NCBI GenBank assembly: GCA_964559265.1
Contig: CAZLHC010000006.1
Coordinates: 28,403 to 92,402, forward strand
Direction: 5' to 3'
Source: an uncultured Paludibacter sp.
GTDB taxonomy: Bacteria; Bacteroidota; Bacteroidia; Bacteroidales; Paludibacteraceae
Length of the DNA: 64,000 nt
This document shows, one piece after another, positions 28,328 to 37,764 of this stretch. The number at the start of each line of letters is the position of its first letter. The stretch's first letter is position 1. A program made the position numbers and the translations under genes. A model generated the notes under the pieces. That model saw only the letters and a program-made list of their open reading frames with translations. It was not told where the DNA came from and searched no databases.

Positions 28328-30362
28328 ATCGCTGAATCAGATTATAAGCTCCGTAAATTCCCAATTCACCAGCCTTACTTAAATCCGATAATCCTTTTGC
28401 ATCTTCGCCGGTATACAGATAAGTCAATCCACGATTGAAATAGGCTTCCGCAAAATTTCGATCTTGTTCAATCGCTTTCGAATACAACTGAATAGCCGTT
28501 TTGAAATCTTTTTGAGCACTTAAAATATTAGCCTTATTGTAATAGGCAAATGAAAAGTCAGGCTGAAGTTCATTCACTTTATCCAGATCCCGCAATACCA
28601 TTTCAATATCTAATTTATACTCATTGTCGGGAGCAACTGTTTCGCGGATATCTCCAAACGTAGCCGATTGATTTTCGCGTGCTGAATTTTTTCGATAATC
28701 AGAATATTTATATCGAATGTTGGCACGCATAAAATAGGCTAATGTAAAATCGCCCCGTAAAAGAATAGCATGATTCAAATCTTCGATGGCGTTGGTAAAA
28801 TCCTGAACTAAAGCGTATTCAAGTGCACGATAAAAATATAAATCCGCGTTGGGTTCCTGTTCTTTTAATTGCGAAGTTATAGCATTTATTTGATCAAAAT
28901 GTTGCTGAATTAATTCATTTGTCAAAGGAAGTTCTTGTGAGGTAACTTTTACTGCTGCGGGAAGAACCCGTTTACGGTTGTATTCAACAATAAGCGGATG
29001 ATACAGAGTGGTACGACGAATCTGATCTTCTTTGGAATAATAACTGATAACAAAATTTCGTTCGTTAACAACATCTACAAAACGCCGTTGCACCTGTCCT
29101 CTTCGGGTGTCGCTATACTTTGACTCATAAGCATTTTCATCAATATTTTGAGTAGCATAGCGATTGAAAATGGCTGTTTTTCGAGTACTTCTTTCACCAG
29201 GTTGTTCGTTTGCAATAGTAGCTTTAGCTTCGAGATTTTCTTTCTGTTTTTCGCGGATCCTATCTTTATTTCGATCTAATTCATATGCTTTTTGTCGATA
29301 TCTGTAGGCCTCTTTTACATTATTGAGTCCGTCGTAAGCCTGTGCAATTCCCCAGTATGCAGGTAAAAAGTACTCATGCTGTTTCAAAATAATCTGATAA
29401 TCGCATATAGCTTCGCGGTAGTTACGTAGTTTAAGTTCAAGAACTGCCTTGCTGTATCGTGCTTCCATCCTACTACTATCCATTTTAAGCACTTGTTTAA
29501 AATCGATTAGTGCATTATTGTCGTCGCCTAAATCGGCACGAAGAATTGCCCTGTTCATATACGTAATCATACTCTTAGGTTCAAGCTTTATTGCCTGGTC
29601 ATAGTCGCTGAGAGCTTCCATGAACCTGCGTTGCTGTACGTTGATAATACCACGATTCATGTAATCGCCAAAATGAGGCGATTTTAAAGCAATCGACCTG
29701 GAATAATCGGCATAGGCTTCTTTCAGATTGTTTTTTTGATGATGAAGCAGGGCGCGAGCACTCCATCCAACAAACGAACTACTATCGGCCTGTATAAGTT
29801 TTGTAAAACTAGCTTCGGCACTTACTGTATCTTTCAATGCCAGCTGAATCCTTCCTTTGTCGTAGAATAGCTGGAAATTTCGCGGTTGCAGGTTCATCAG
29901 CTTTTCAACGACCTTCAACGCAGCATCGTGATTACCCATCCGTTCGCGTGCATCCATCAGACTTAATTGTAAATGCTGACTGGTAGGACTAAACTCAATG
30001 GCTTTTTCAAAATCGCCCGCTGCACCTTCGAAGTTTCCTAATTTCATGCGTGTAAACCCACGGGCATAATATGCTTCTGGTAAAAAAGGGTTACGATTGA
30101 TAGCTTCCGTCCCATCCAACTCGGCTCCTTCATAATCGCCCAGTTGAATTTTAGCAATACTTCGAAACATATAAGGTTCAGCAAGAAAAGGCTTTATGTC
30201 AATAACCTGATTGAAATACTGTATCGATAGCACATAATCCTCGAAGTATAAAGCATTACGGCCGATTGTTAAAATACGATCGGTGTTTAATTGAGCATGC
30301 AGTTGAATCACTGCCATACTCACTAGTGTGATTAGTATGCTTAGTTTTCGAAATCTATTCAT
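28320..30362 (-). CDS. Secreted TPR-repeat protein
   Basis: Signal peptide followed by many TPRs (EAYYARG, AYFNRG); start MNRF at 30362, ORF extends to GTG at 30380. Confidence 0.88.
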   Translation of the reverse strand: MNRFRKLSILITLVSMAVIQLHAQLNTDRILTIGRNALYFEDYVLSIQYFNQVIDIKPFLAEPYMFRSIAKIQLGDYEGAELDGTEAINRNPFLPEAYYARGFTRMKLGNFEGAAGDFEKAIEFSPTSQHLQLSLMDARERMGNHDAALKVVEKLMNLQPRNFQLFYDKGRIQLALKDTVSAEASFTKLIQADSSSFVGWSARALLHHQKNNLKEAYADYSRSIALKSPHFGDYMNRGIINVQQRRFMEALSDYDQAIKLEPKSMITYMNRAILRADLGDDNNALIDFKQVLKMDSSRMEARYSKAVLELKLRNYREAICDYQIILKQHEYFLPAYWGIAQAYDGLNNVKEAYRYRQKAYELDRNKDRIREKQKENLEAKATIANEQPGERSTRKTAIFNRYATQNIDENAYESKYSDTRRGQVQRRFVDVVNERNFVISYYSKEDQIRRTTLYHPLIVEYNRKRVLPAAVKVTSQELPLTNELIQQHFDQINAITSQLKEQEPNADLYFYRALEYALVQDFTNAIEDLNHAILLRGDFTLAYFMRANIRYKYSDYRKNSARENQSATFGDIRETVAPDNEYKLDIEMVLRDLDKVNELQPDFSFAYYNKANILSAQKDFKTAIQLYSKAIEQDRNFAEAYFNRGLTYLYTGEDAKGLSDLSKAGELGIYGAYNLIQRFK

Positions 30363-32670
30363 CAAACATATTTTCTTCACAGCCTTCGTTGGCGTTAAAC
30401 GACTCGGGAATATTAAATCCTTCGGTAGATGAATAACCTAAAGAAGAATCAGACATCACTTTCTTCATGTAAAGTGCCCATATAGGTAAAGCCATGCTAG
30501 CGCCCTGACCTTCGGCTATTCCGTCGAAATGAATCGAACGGTCTTCACCACCTACCCAAACACCTGAGACCAGCGATGGAGTAAAGCCCATAAACCATCC
30601 ATCCGAATTATTTTGCGTTGTGCCTGTTTTACCACCCATTGGCATAGTTAAGCCAAATCGGCTTCGAATCCGACCTCCTGTTCCTCCATCAACCACACTT
30701 CGCAGCATATAGATCATTTTATGTGCAGTCGACTCACTGAAAATCTCATGCATCTGCGGATTAAATGTAGCAATAGCATTCCCGTTGGCATCTTCAATTC
30801 GGGTAACATAAAGCGGATCAACCCTGATTCCCTTATTGGGAAATGCAGTGTAGGCATCGACCATTTCGGCCACCGAAATATCGGCCGGTCCCAGACAAAG
30901 TGAAACTACCGCATCGAGATGGCTGCGTATGCCAAACGAATGCATTAATTTTACTAATGCTTCGGGTGTAAACATATTCATCAGGTATGCCGATATCCAG
31001 TTGTTTGAATTGGCTAATGCCCAGCGTAGAGTTACTTCTTGTCCAATGCGGGTACGTCCCGAATTGCGGGGGGTCCAATCACGACCATTTCCATCTTTTA
31101 TCGTTATAGGTTGATTTATCACTTTATCGCAAGGCCATAAGCCTTCTTCCATGGCTAGAGTATATAAATAGGGCTTAATTGTTGAACCAACCTGGCGTTT
31201 ACCTTTCGATGCCATGTCGTACTGAAAATGAGTGTAATCGGGGCCACCGATGTATGCTTTAACATGTCCTGTTTTTGGATCCATCGACATAAATCCGGTT
31301 CGTAAAAAATGCTTGATATAGCGGATCGAATCCATGGGAGTTAATAAGGTATCGACCATACCATTATACGAAAACACCTGCATTTCGGTTTTGGTAGCAA
31401 ACGATCGCTTGATTTCTGAATCCGATGCTCCGGCATTTTTTAATTTCCGGTAACGTTCCGAATCCTTCATAGCTCTGTTGAGCGAAGTTTGAATTTCTTC
31501 AGGCGATACATGCTTCGAAAATGGGGCATAGGAACGACCTTTTTTCTCCCGGAAAAATGATTTTTGAAGCTCTTTCAGATGTTCATTGACAGCCTCTTCG
31601 GCATATTTTTGCATTCTTGAATCGATGGTGGTATAAATTTTCAACCCATCGGTGTAAATATTATACGGTGTTCCATCCGATTTTGTATTCTTATTACAGA
31701 ATCCATACAATGGATTATTCTCCCATTGCCAGCTATCTTCCAGGTATTGTTGCTCTTGCCAACTCGCATAATTCGAACGGACCGGCTTTTTGGCTGTCAA
31801 CGTCAACCGTAAAAATTGACGATAATAAGTAGCTATCCCTTCATTGTGGTCGGCACGTTGAAACTCTAAAACTAAGGGCAATTGTTGCAAAGAATCACGT
31901 TGGGTTTCCGAAAGTTGTTCGGATTTCCGCATTTGTTCCAACACCACATTTCTACGCTCACGAGCTCGTTCAGGATATCTTTTAGGATTATAATACGAAG
32001 GATTTTTACACATCCCTATCAATGTCGCTGCTTGTTCCACAGTTAACTGGTCGGGCGAGGTGTTGAAATATACTTTCGAAGCCGACTTAATTCCAACAGC
32101 ATTGTATAAAAAGTCGAACTGATTAAGATACAGCGTAATAATTTCTTCTTTGGTATAAATACGCTCCAATTGAACAGCAATAACCCATTCAATCGGTTTT
32201 TGTAATGCCCGCTGAATTACATTGTCGGCATCGGGCGAATAAAGCTGTTTAGCCAGCTGCTGAGTAATAGTACTACCACCACCGGCATTTTTTTGAAGCA
32301 AAATCACTCGTTTAACCAATACACGTGCTAATGCCCTACCGTCAATTCCCGAATGATCGTAAAATCGTTCATCCTCTGTGGCTACAAGTGCATCAATAAC
32401 GTGCGGCGATATCTGACTGTAATTGGTTTTAATCCGGTTGTCGGTACCTCCCGAAAAACTACCAATCAATTTCAGATCCGACGAATACAACTCTGTTGCG
32501 TACTTGTTGATCGGATTCTGTAACTGATCAATGGCCGGTAAATATCCTAACCAACCAATACTAATGAAAAAAAATAATGCTACTACAAATAAAAGTATAC
32601 TCCCGAAACCCCACCAGAATATCCGGTTGAATTTCGACCTGAAATCGCTTGCCTGTTTTATTGCAGCCAT
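30355..32670 (-). CDS. Class A penicillin-binding protein (PBP1A; transglycosylase and transpeptidase)
   Basis: EDERFYDH, GGSTITQQLAK, GSTIKP (SxxK), SNN, KTG. Confidence 0.95.
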   Translation of the reverse strand: MAAIKQASDFRSKFNRIFWWGFGSILLFVVALFFFISIGWLGYLPAIDQLQNPINKYATELYSSDLKLIGSFSGGTDNRIKTNYSQISPHVIDALVATEDERFYDHSGIDGRALARVLVKRVILLQKNAGGGSTITQQLAKQLYSPDADNVIQRALQKPIEWVIAVQLERIYTKEEIITLYLNQFDFLYNAVGIKSASKVYFNTSPDQLTVEQAATLIGMCKNPSYYNPKRYPERARERRNVVLEQMRKSEQLSETQRDSLQQLPLVLEFQRADHNEGIATYYRQFLRLTLTAKKPVRSNYASWQEQQYLEDSWQWENNPLYGFCNKNTKSDGTPYNIYTDGLKIYTTIDSRMQKYAEEAVNEHLKELQKSFFREKKGRSYAPFSKHVSPEEIQTSLNRAMKDSERYRKLKNAGASDSEIKRSFATKTEMQVFSYNGMVDTLLTPMDSIRYIKHFLRTGFMSMDPKTGHVKAYIGGPDYTHFQYDMASKGKRQVGSTIKPYLYTLAMEEGLWPCDKVINQPITIKDGNGRDWTPRNSGRTRIGQEVTLRWALANSNNWISAYLMNMFTPEALVKLMHSFGIRSHLDAVVSLCLGPADISVAEMVDAYTAFPNKGIRVDPLYVTRIEDANGNAIATFNPQMHEIFSESTAHKMIYMLRSVVDGGTGGRIRSRFGLTMPMGGKTGTTQNNSDGWFMGFTPSLVSGVWVGGEDRSIHFDGIAEGQGASMALPIWALYMKKVMSDSSLGYSSTEGFNIPESFNANEGCEENMFDE

Positions 32671-32766
32671 AAATTAATCATTTAATCGGCAAATGTACAA
32701 TTTTTTGCCGTACATTGTGAATTTGAAAAAAGCAAATGGAGATGCATTAACACTGATTAATGAAAA

Positions 32767-33897
32767 TTAGTCTGTTTTCATCAGATCTGCAATAATTGTA
32801 TTTGAAATCTCAATCCCATCAAGGGTCAATCGTATATATTGTTCCAGGATCTGTACGTGTCCGCTTAGCTGATAGTTAGTTGCTTGTGCGAGTAGCCGGT
32901 CTTTTGTGGATGTTCCAAATCGATGCTCCACTTCCTGCAATCCAATTCCTTCTGAAGTACGAAGTTTTACCATCACAAAGTCGTTGTAGGCATCGTGTGG
33001 TGTCAGTACTTCTCGTTCGAACACCGGACGGGAATTTTCCAACCCTTCCATGTAGTTGATCAGATGGGCTACATTCCATTGCCGACTTACACCATCGTAT
33101 GAATGGGCCGAAGGACCTGCCCCCAGGTAGGGAGTCAGTTGCCAGTACGAACTATTGTGTTGCGAACGAAAACCTGGTTTCGAGAAGTTGGAGATTTCAT
33201 AGGCTTCGTAACCTTTAGCGTTCATTTGTAACAACATATGCCGATACATCTGAAGCATAACTTCATCCGAAACTTCTACCACTTTTCCCCGGGCACGTTG
33301 TTTCCACAGTCCTGTACCTTCTTCGTAAGTGAGCCCATATGCCGATAGGTGTTCGGGATGTAATTCTAAAGCCTGTTGCAGGTTATGCTGCCATTGTTCC
33401 ATCGTCTGTCCGGGCAAGCCATATATCAAGTCGACACTAATGTTGCTGAATCCAGCTGCACGTGCATCACCCACCGCCTGTATAGCCTGCTGTGCTGTAT
33501 GCCTGCGGTTAACTGCCCGCAACTCTTTATCGCTAAACGACTGAATTCCCATACTCAGTCGGTTGAATGGTAAATGTTGGAGCATGGCTAAATATTCCGG
33601 ATTTAAATCATCCGGATTGGCTTCCAGCGTAATTTCAGCATCGGTATCGATTAAATAACAGGAGTAAAGGCAATCAAAAATACCTTTAAACTGATCGTAA
33701 GTCAATACGCTTGGTGTACCTCCACCAAAATAAATAGTACGAACAGAGGCACTGTTCAGGTAGCTTACGCGCGAACGCAATTCTGTTATCAGTGCCTCTG
33801 TAAATCGATCTGTGTGTTGTAAAGAAATCTCTTTGTAGAAATCGCAGTAGTTACACTTTTGCTTACAAAACGGAATATGAATATAAATTCCAGCCAA
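32767..33897 (-). CDS. hemW: Radical SAM heme chaperone HemW
   Basis: YIHIPFCKQKCNYCDF, YFGGGTPS, YEISNF, HNSSYW; TTG start. Confidence 0.93.
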   Translation of the reverse strand: MAGIYIHIPFCKQKCNYCDFYKEISLQHTDRFTEALITELRSRVSYLNSASVRTIYFGGGTPSVLTYDQFKGIFDCLYSCYLIDTDAEITLEANPDDLNPEYLAMLQHLPFNRLSMGIQSFSDKELRAVNRRHTAQQAIQAVGDARAAGFSNISVDLIYGLPGQTMEQWQHNLQQALELHPEHLSAYGLTYEEGTGLWKQRARGKVVEVSDEVMLQMYRHMLLQMNAKGYEAYEISNFSKPGFRSQHNSSYWQLTPYLGAGPSAHSYDGVSRQWNVAHLINYMEGLENSRPVFEREVLTPHDAYNDFVMVKLRTSEGIGLQEVEHRFGTSTKDRLLAQATNYQLSGHVQILEQYIRLTLDGIEISNTIIADLMKTD

Positions 33898-33903
33898 AAT
33901 AGA

Positions 33904-34776
33904 TTATCCTACGGTTACGTCCGGATTAACTTTCTTAACCAGACCTTTTAATACATCGCCTGGTCCTAATTCGATAAACTCGGTAGCTCCGTCGGTAATC
34001 ATATTCTTAACGGTTTGTGTCCAACGTACCGGTGCGGTTAATTGCGCAATCAAATTTGCTTTAATCGACGAAGGATCGGTCTGAGGATATGCATTAACAT
34101 TTTGGTATACCGGACAAACGGGTATCGATACTGTGGTAGCATCAATAGCAGCTTTCAATTCTTCGGCAGCAGGCTGCATTAAAGGTGAGTGAAATGCACC
34201 GCCGACAGGTAATTTGAGCGCACGTTTTGCACCTTTTGCTTTTAAGGCTTCACAGGCTTTATCAATTCCGGCAATCGACCCTGAAATAACCAGCTGACCC
34301 GGGCAATTGTAATTAGCCGGAACAACCACCTCGTCTTTTATCGAATCGCATACTTCTTCTACATCCTCATCACTTAGGCCCAGAACAGCAGCCATTGTCG
34401 ATGGTTCTGATTCACAGGCTTTCTGCATGGCCATTGCGCGTTTCGACACTAATATCAATCCGTCTTCAAACGAAAGGGCACCGGCAGCCACCAACGCCGA
34501 AAACTCACCCAACGAGTGACCTGCAACCATCTCAGGCTGGAAGTCCTGGCCTGATACTATCGCGCTAATTACTGAATGTAGAAAAATAGCCGGTTGCGTT
34601 ACTTTGGTTTGTTTTAAATCTTCCGCCGTTCCTTCAAACATTAAATCGGTAATACGGAAACCAAGAATTTCGTTGGCCTTTTCAAAATACTCTTTTGCCA
34701 ATGCTGAATTGTCGTACAGGTCTTTTCCCATTCCTACAAACTGGGCTCCCTGTCCGGGAAATACATAAGCTCTCAT
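33904..34776 (-). CDS. fabD: Malonyl-CoA:ACP transacylase
   Basis: FPGQGAQ, AGHSLGE, GAFHS. Confidence 0.97.
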   Translation of the reverse strand: MRAYVFPGQGAQFVGMGKDLYDNSALAKEYFEKANEILGFRITDLMFEGTAEDLKQTKVTQPAIFLHSVISAIVSGQDFQPEMVAGHSLGEFSALVAAGALSFEDGLILVSKRAMAMQKACESEPSTMAAVLGLSDEDVEEVCDSIKDEVVVPANYNCPGQLVISGSIAGIDKACEALKAKGAKRALKLPVGGAFHSPLMQPAAEELKAAIDATTVSIPVCPVYQNVNAYPQTDPSSIKANLIAQLTAPVRWTQTVKNMITDGATEFIELGPGDVLKGLVKKVNPDVTVG

Positions 34777-34913
34777 TTTCTTTTAATATTGTAAGTTTTT
34801 TTATTTCGGGTTACAAAGATACTACATTATTGCAACTTTAGAAAAAATTGCTTTTTCTTTATTTATTTTTCAGGTAAAATTCAGGTTGAAGTAATGTGCC
34901 ACTTCCTTCCGGC

Positions 34914-34957
34914 AAAAAAAAGTCAACCAGTCACATTACTGTAACTGGTTGACTTTT
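34914..34957 (-). terminator. Intrinsic terminator downstream of tRNA-Pro
   Basis: 14-bp stem AAAAGTCAACCAGT/ACTGGTTGACTTTT, extended by a G-U pair on the minus strand, followed by a U-run. Confidence 0.85.
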
Positions 34958-34960
34958 GTG

Positions 34961-35035
34961 TCGGGGTAGCGGGATTCGAACCCACGACCCCCTGCTCCCA
35001 AAGCAGGTGCGCTAACCGGACTGCGCTACACCCCG
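34961..35035 (-). tRNA. tRNA-Pro(TGG)
   Basis: CGGGGTG acceptor arm, anticodon arm cctgc-TTTGGGA-gcagg, GGTTCGAATC T-loop; CCA not encoded. Confidence 0.97.
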
Positions 35036-35053
35036 TAATTGCCTAAGCGGCTG

Positions 35054-35085
35054 CAAAGGTAAATTATTTTTTTCGATCTCACAAA
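35054..35085 (-). promoter_or_regulatory. Promoter of tRNA-Pro
   Basis: On the minus strand TTTG (35085-35082), N20, TACCTTTG (35061-35054). Confidence 0.75.
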
Positions 35086-35135
35086 TAAATTATGCCTAAG
35101 TTTTTTGTACTTTTGCAGAAATAAAACTACACTTT

Positions 35136-35756
35136 ATGGAAGCTATCCTGAATTATTTTCCCGAATTAACTGATCATCAGCGTTCTCAGCTCGAAAAACT
35201 TTATGATCTCTATTTCGAATGGAATTCAAAAATAAATGTAATCTCCCGAAAAGATATTGAAAATTTATACCTTCACCATGTTCTTCACTCACTTGCCATC
35301 GGAAAAATAATTCAATTTAAAAAGAATTCTTCGATTCTGGATGTGGGAACCGGTGGTGGCTTCCCGGGCGTTCCGTTGGCAATATTATTTCCGGAATGCG
35401 ATTTCACTCTTATTGATTCTATCGGAAAGAAAATTAAAGTAGGGCAGGAGGTAGCCTCGTCCATCGGTTTACAAAACACAACTTTCAAACACCTCAGGGT
35501 GCAGGAAGAGAAACAAAAATTCGACTTTGTGGTGAGTCGGGCTGTAATGCCCCTGGCCGATCTGGTGAGCCTGGTTCGTAAAAACATGGCAACTAAACAA
35601 AAAAACGCAATGCCTAACGGACTGATTTGTCTGAAAGGGGGAGAGTTGGAACACGAAATTCTTCCATTTAAAAACGTGGCTGAACGTTTTGAGATTAATG
35701 AGTTTTTTAAAGAAGACTATTTTAACACTAAAAAAGTAGTGTATGTGCCACTTTGA
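35136..35756 (+). CDS. rsmG: 16S rRNA m7G527 methyltransferase
   Basis: WNSKINVIS, HVLHSL, LDVGTGGGFPG, VVSRAV, LKG. Confidence 0.96.
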   Translation: MEAILNYFPELTDHQRSQLEKLYDLYFEWNSKINVISRKDIENLYLHHVLHSLAIGKIIQFKKNSSILDVGTGGGFPGVPLAILFPECDFTLIDSIGKKIKVGQEVASSIGLQNTTFKHLRVQEEKQKFDFVVSRAVMPLADLVSLVRKNMATKQKNAMPNGLICLKGGELEHEILPFKNVAERFEINEFFKEDYFNTKKVVYVPL

Positions 35757-35831
35757 GTCCGTCGGACATGTATTTTAATTCGTAAAAATTACTACTTTTG
35801 CATTCAATTTATATTATCAAACACAGGAAAA

Positions 35832-37595
35832 ATGTACAGAACGAAAACGTGTGGAGAACTCCGCATAACAAATAGTGGTGAAACAGTTACCCTGGCAGGC
35901 TGGGTACAGCGTACCCGTAAAATGGGTGGGATGACCTTTGTGGATGTTCGTGATCGTTATGGTATCACTCAATTGGTATTTAACCAGGAAGTTAACGCCG
36001 AACTATGCGATAAGGCTAACCGGTTAGGACGTGAATTTGTAATTCAGGTAAGTGGAACTGTTGCTGAAAGAAGTAGTAAAAACCCGAATATCGAAACCGG
36101 AGATATTGAACTACTCGTAAATGAACTCAGCATTTTAAATGAATCGCTTACTCCTCCTTTTACTATCGACGATAATACCGATGGGGGAGATGATATCCGA
36201 ATGAAATACCGCTACCTCGATTTACGTCGTAACTCAGTGAGGTCCAATATGATGTTGCGTCACCAAATTGCATTCGAAACTCGTCGTTTTCTTGATCAGC
36301 AAAATTTCCTGGAAGTTGAAACACCAATATTAATAGGCTCTACCCCCGAAGGTGCCCGCGATTTCGTGGTTCCATCCCGAATGAACCTTGGTCAGTTTTA
36401 TGCCTTGCCTCAGTCGCCTCAATTGTTTAAACAGTTGTTGATGGTTTCGGGGTTCGATCGTTATTTCCAGATTGCCAAATGCTTCCGCGACGAAGATTTG
36501 CGAGCCGACCGTCAGCCCGAATTTACACAAATCGACTGTGAAATGTCGTTTGTTGAACAGGAAGATGTGTTACAAACCTTTGAAGGACTTATCCGTCATT
36601 TGTTCAACTATGTAAAAGGCATATCGTTCGAGGGTGAATTCCCCCGTATGACATATGCCGATGCCATGAAATATTACGGATCAGATAAACCGGATATTCG
36701 TTTCGGAATGAAATTCGTTGAATTGAAAGAGGCTGTTGCCGGCAAGGATTTTCCGGTTTTTGATTCAGCTGCTTATGTTGGCGGAATTTGTGCTGAAGGG
36801 TGCGCTTCGTATTCCCGTAAACAAATCGACGAATTGACCGATTTTGTTAAGCGTCCTCAAATAGGTGCTAAGGGGCTTGTATATATAAGGTATGAAGCTG
36901 ATGGTACGGTAAAATCATCCATCGATAAATTTTATTCTGCCGATGAATTAAAAACGATTGCTAACTTGTTTGAAGCTAAACCAGGTGACCTGATTTTAAT
37001 TCTGGCAGGTGATACTACTAAAACGCAGAAAGCATTGAACGAACTTCGGTTGGAAATGGGTAACCGGCTGGGGTTAAGAGACAAAAACGTATTCAAACCC
37101 TTGTGGGTAATCGACTTTCCGCTTTTTGAATGGGATGGGGATACTCAGCGTTACTATGCTATGCACCATCCATTCACTTCTCCAAAGCCCGAAGATATTT
37201 CCTACCTGGATACCGATCCCGGCAAAGTAAGGGCTAATGCTTATGATATGGTTGTTAATGGGGTGGAGCTTGGTGGAGGATCAATCCGTATCCACGATAG
37301 TAAATTGCAAAACCGAATGTTTGAATTACTTGGCTTTACACCCGAAAAAGCTGAAGCTCAATTTGGATTTTTGATGAGTGCATTCAAATATGGTGCACCT
37401 CCACATGGTGGATTGGCTTTTGGACTGGATCGGCTGGTGTCGCTTTTTGCCGGTCTCGACTCCATCCGCGATTGCATTGCTTTCCCAAAAAACAACTCCG
37501 GACGTGATGTAATGATTGATGCTCCATCGGTGATTGATCTGTCTCAGCTGGAGGAATTACATTTGAAATTAGTACCTCCTGTGAGTGGTAATTAA
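35832..37595 (+). CDS. aspS: Aspartate--tRNA ligase
   Basis: [48 protein letters not shown]. Confidence 0.98.
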   Translation: MYRTKTCGELRITNSGETVTLAGWVQRTRKMGGMTFVDVRDRYGITQLVFNQEVNAELCDKANRLGREFVIQVSGTVAERSSKNPNIETGDIELLVNELSILNESLTPPFTIDDNTDGGDDIRMKYRYLDLRRNSVRSNMMLRHQIAFETRRFLDQQNFLEVETPILIGSTPEGARDFVVPSRMNLGQFYALPQSPQLFKQLLMVSGFDRYFQIAKCFRDEDLRADRQPEFTQIDCEMSFVEQEDVLQTFEGLIRHLFNYVKGISFEGEFPRMTYADAMKYYGSDKPDIRFGMKFVELKEAVAGKDFPVFDSAAYVGGICAEGCASYSRKQIDELTDFVKRPQIGAKGLVYIRYEADGTVKSSIDKFYSADELKTIANLFEAKPGDLILILAGDTTKTQKALNELRLEMGNRLGLRDKNVFKPLWVIDFPLFEWDGDTQRYYAMHHPFTSPKPEDISYLDTDPGKVRANAYDMVVNGVELGGGSIRIHDSKLQNRMFELLGFTPEKAEAQFGFLMSAFKYGAPPHGGLAFGLDRLVSLFAGLDSIRDCIAFPKNNSGRDVMIDAPSVIDLSQLEELHLKLVPPVSGN

Positions 37596-37610
37596 TCCTA
37601 ATTATTTTAT

Positions 37611-37647
37611 AAAAAAAAGGTGTGAAATATTTTTCACACTTTTTTTT
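37611..37647. terminator. Intrinsic terminator after aspS (bidirectional form)
   Basis: A-run, GGTGTGAAA...TTTCACAC, T-run. Confidence 0.85.
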
Positions 37648-37764
37648 ATAAAATGCTCCGCGTTCTAATTAAATTATTATATTTGCCGCAGTTTCTAATT
37701 ATAAATAAATTATTAATTAGGAGCATTAATTATCAAACAAGTTATTAACTAAAAGGGTATTTTT

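Noticed and set aside
34961-35035. tRNA-Pro as an integration site for an island
   Set aside because: No integrase and no duplicated tRNA 3' end; the flanks are the core genes fabD and rsmG
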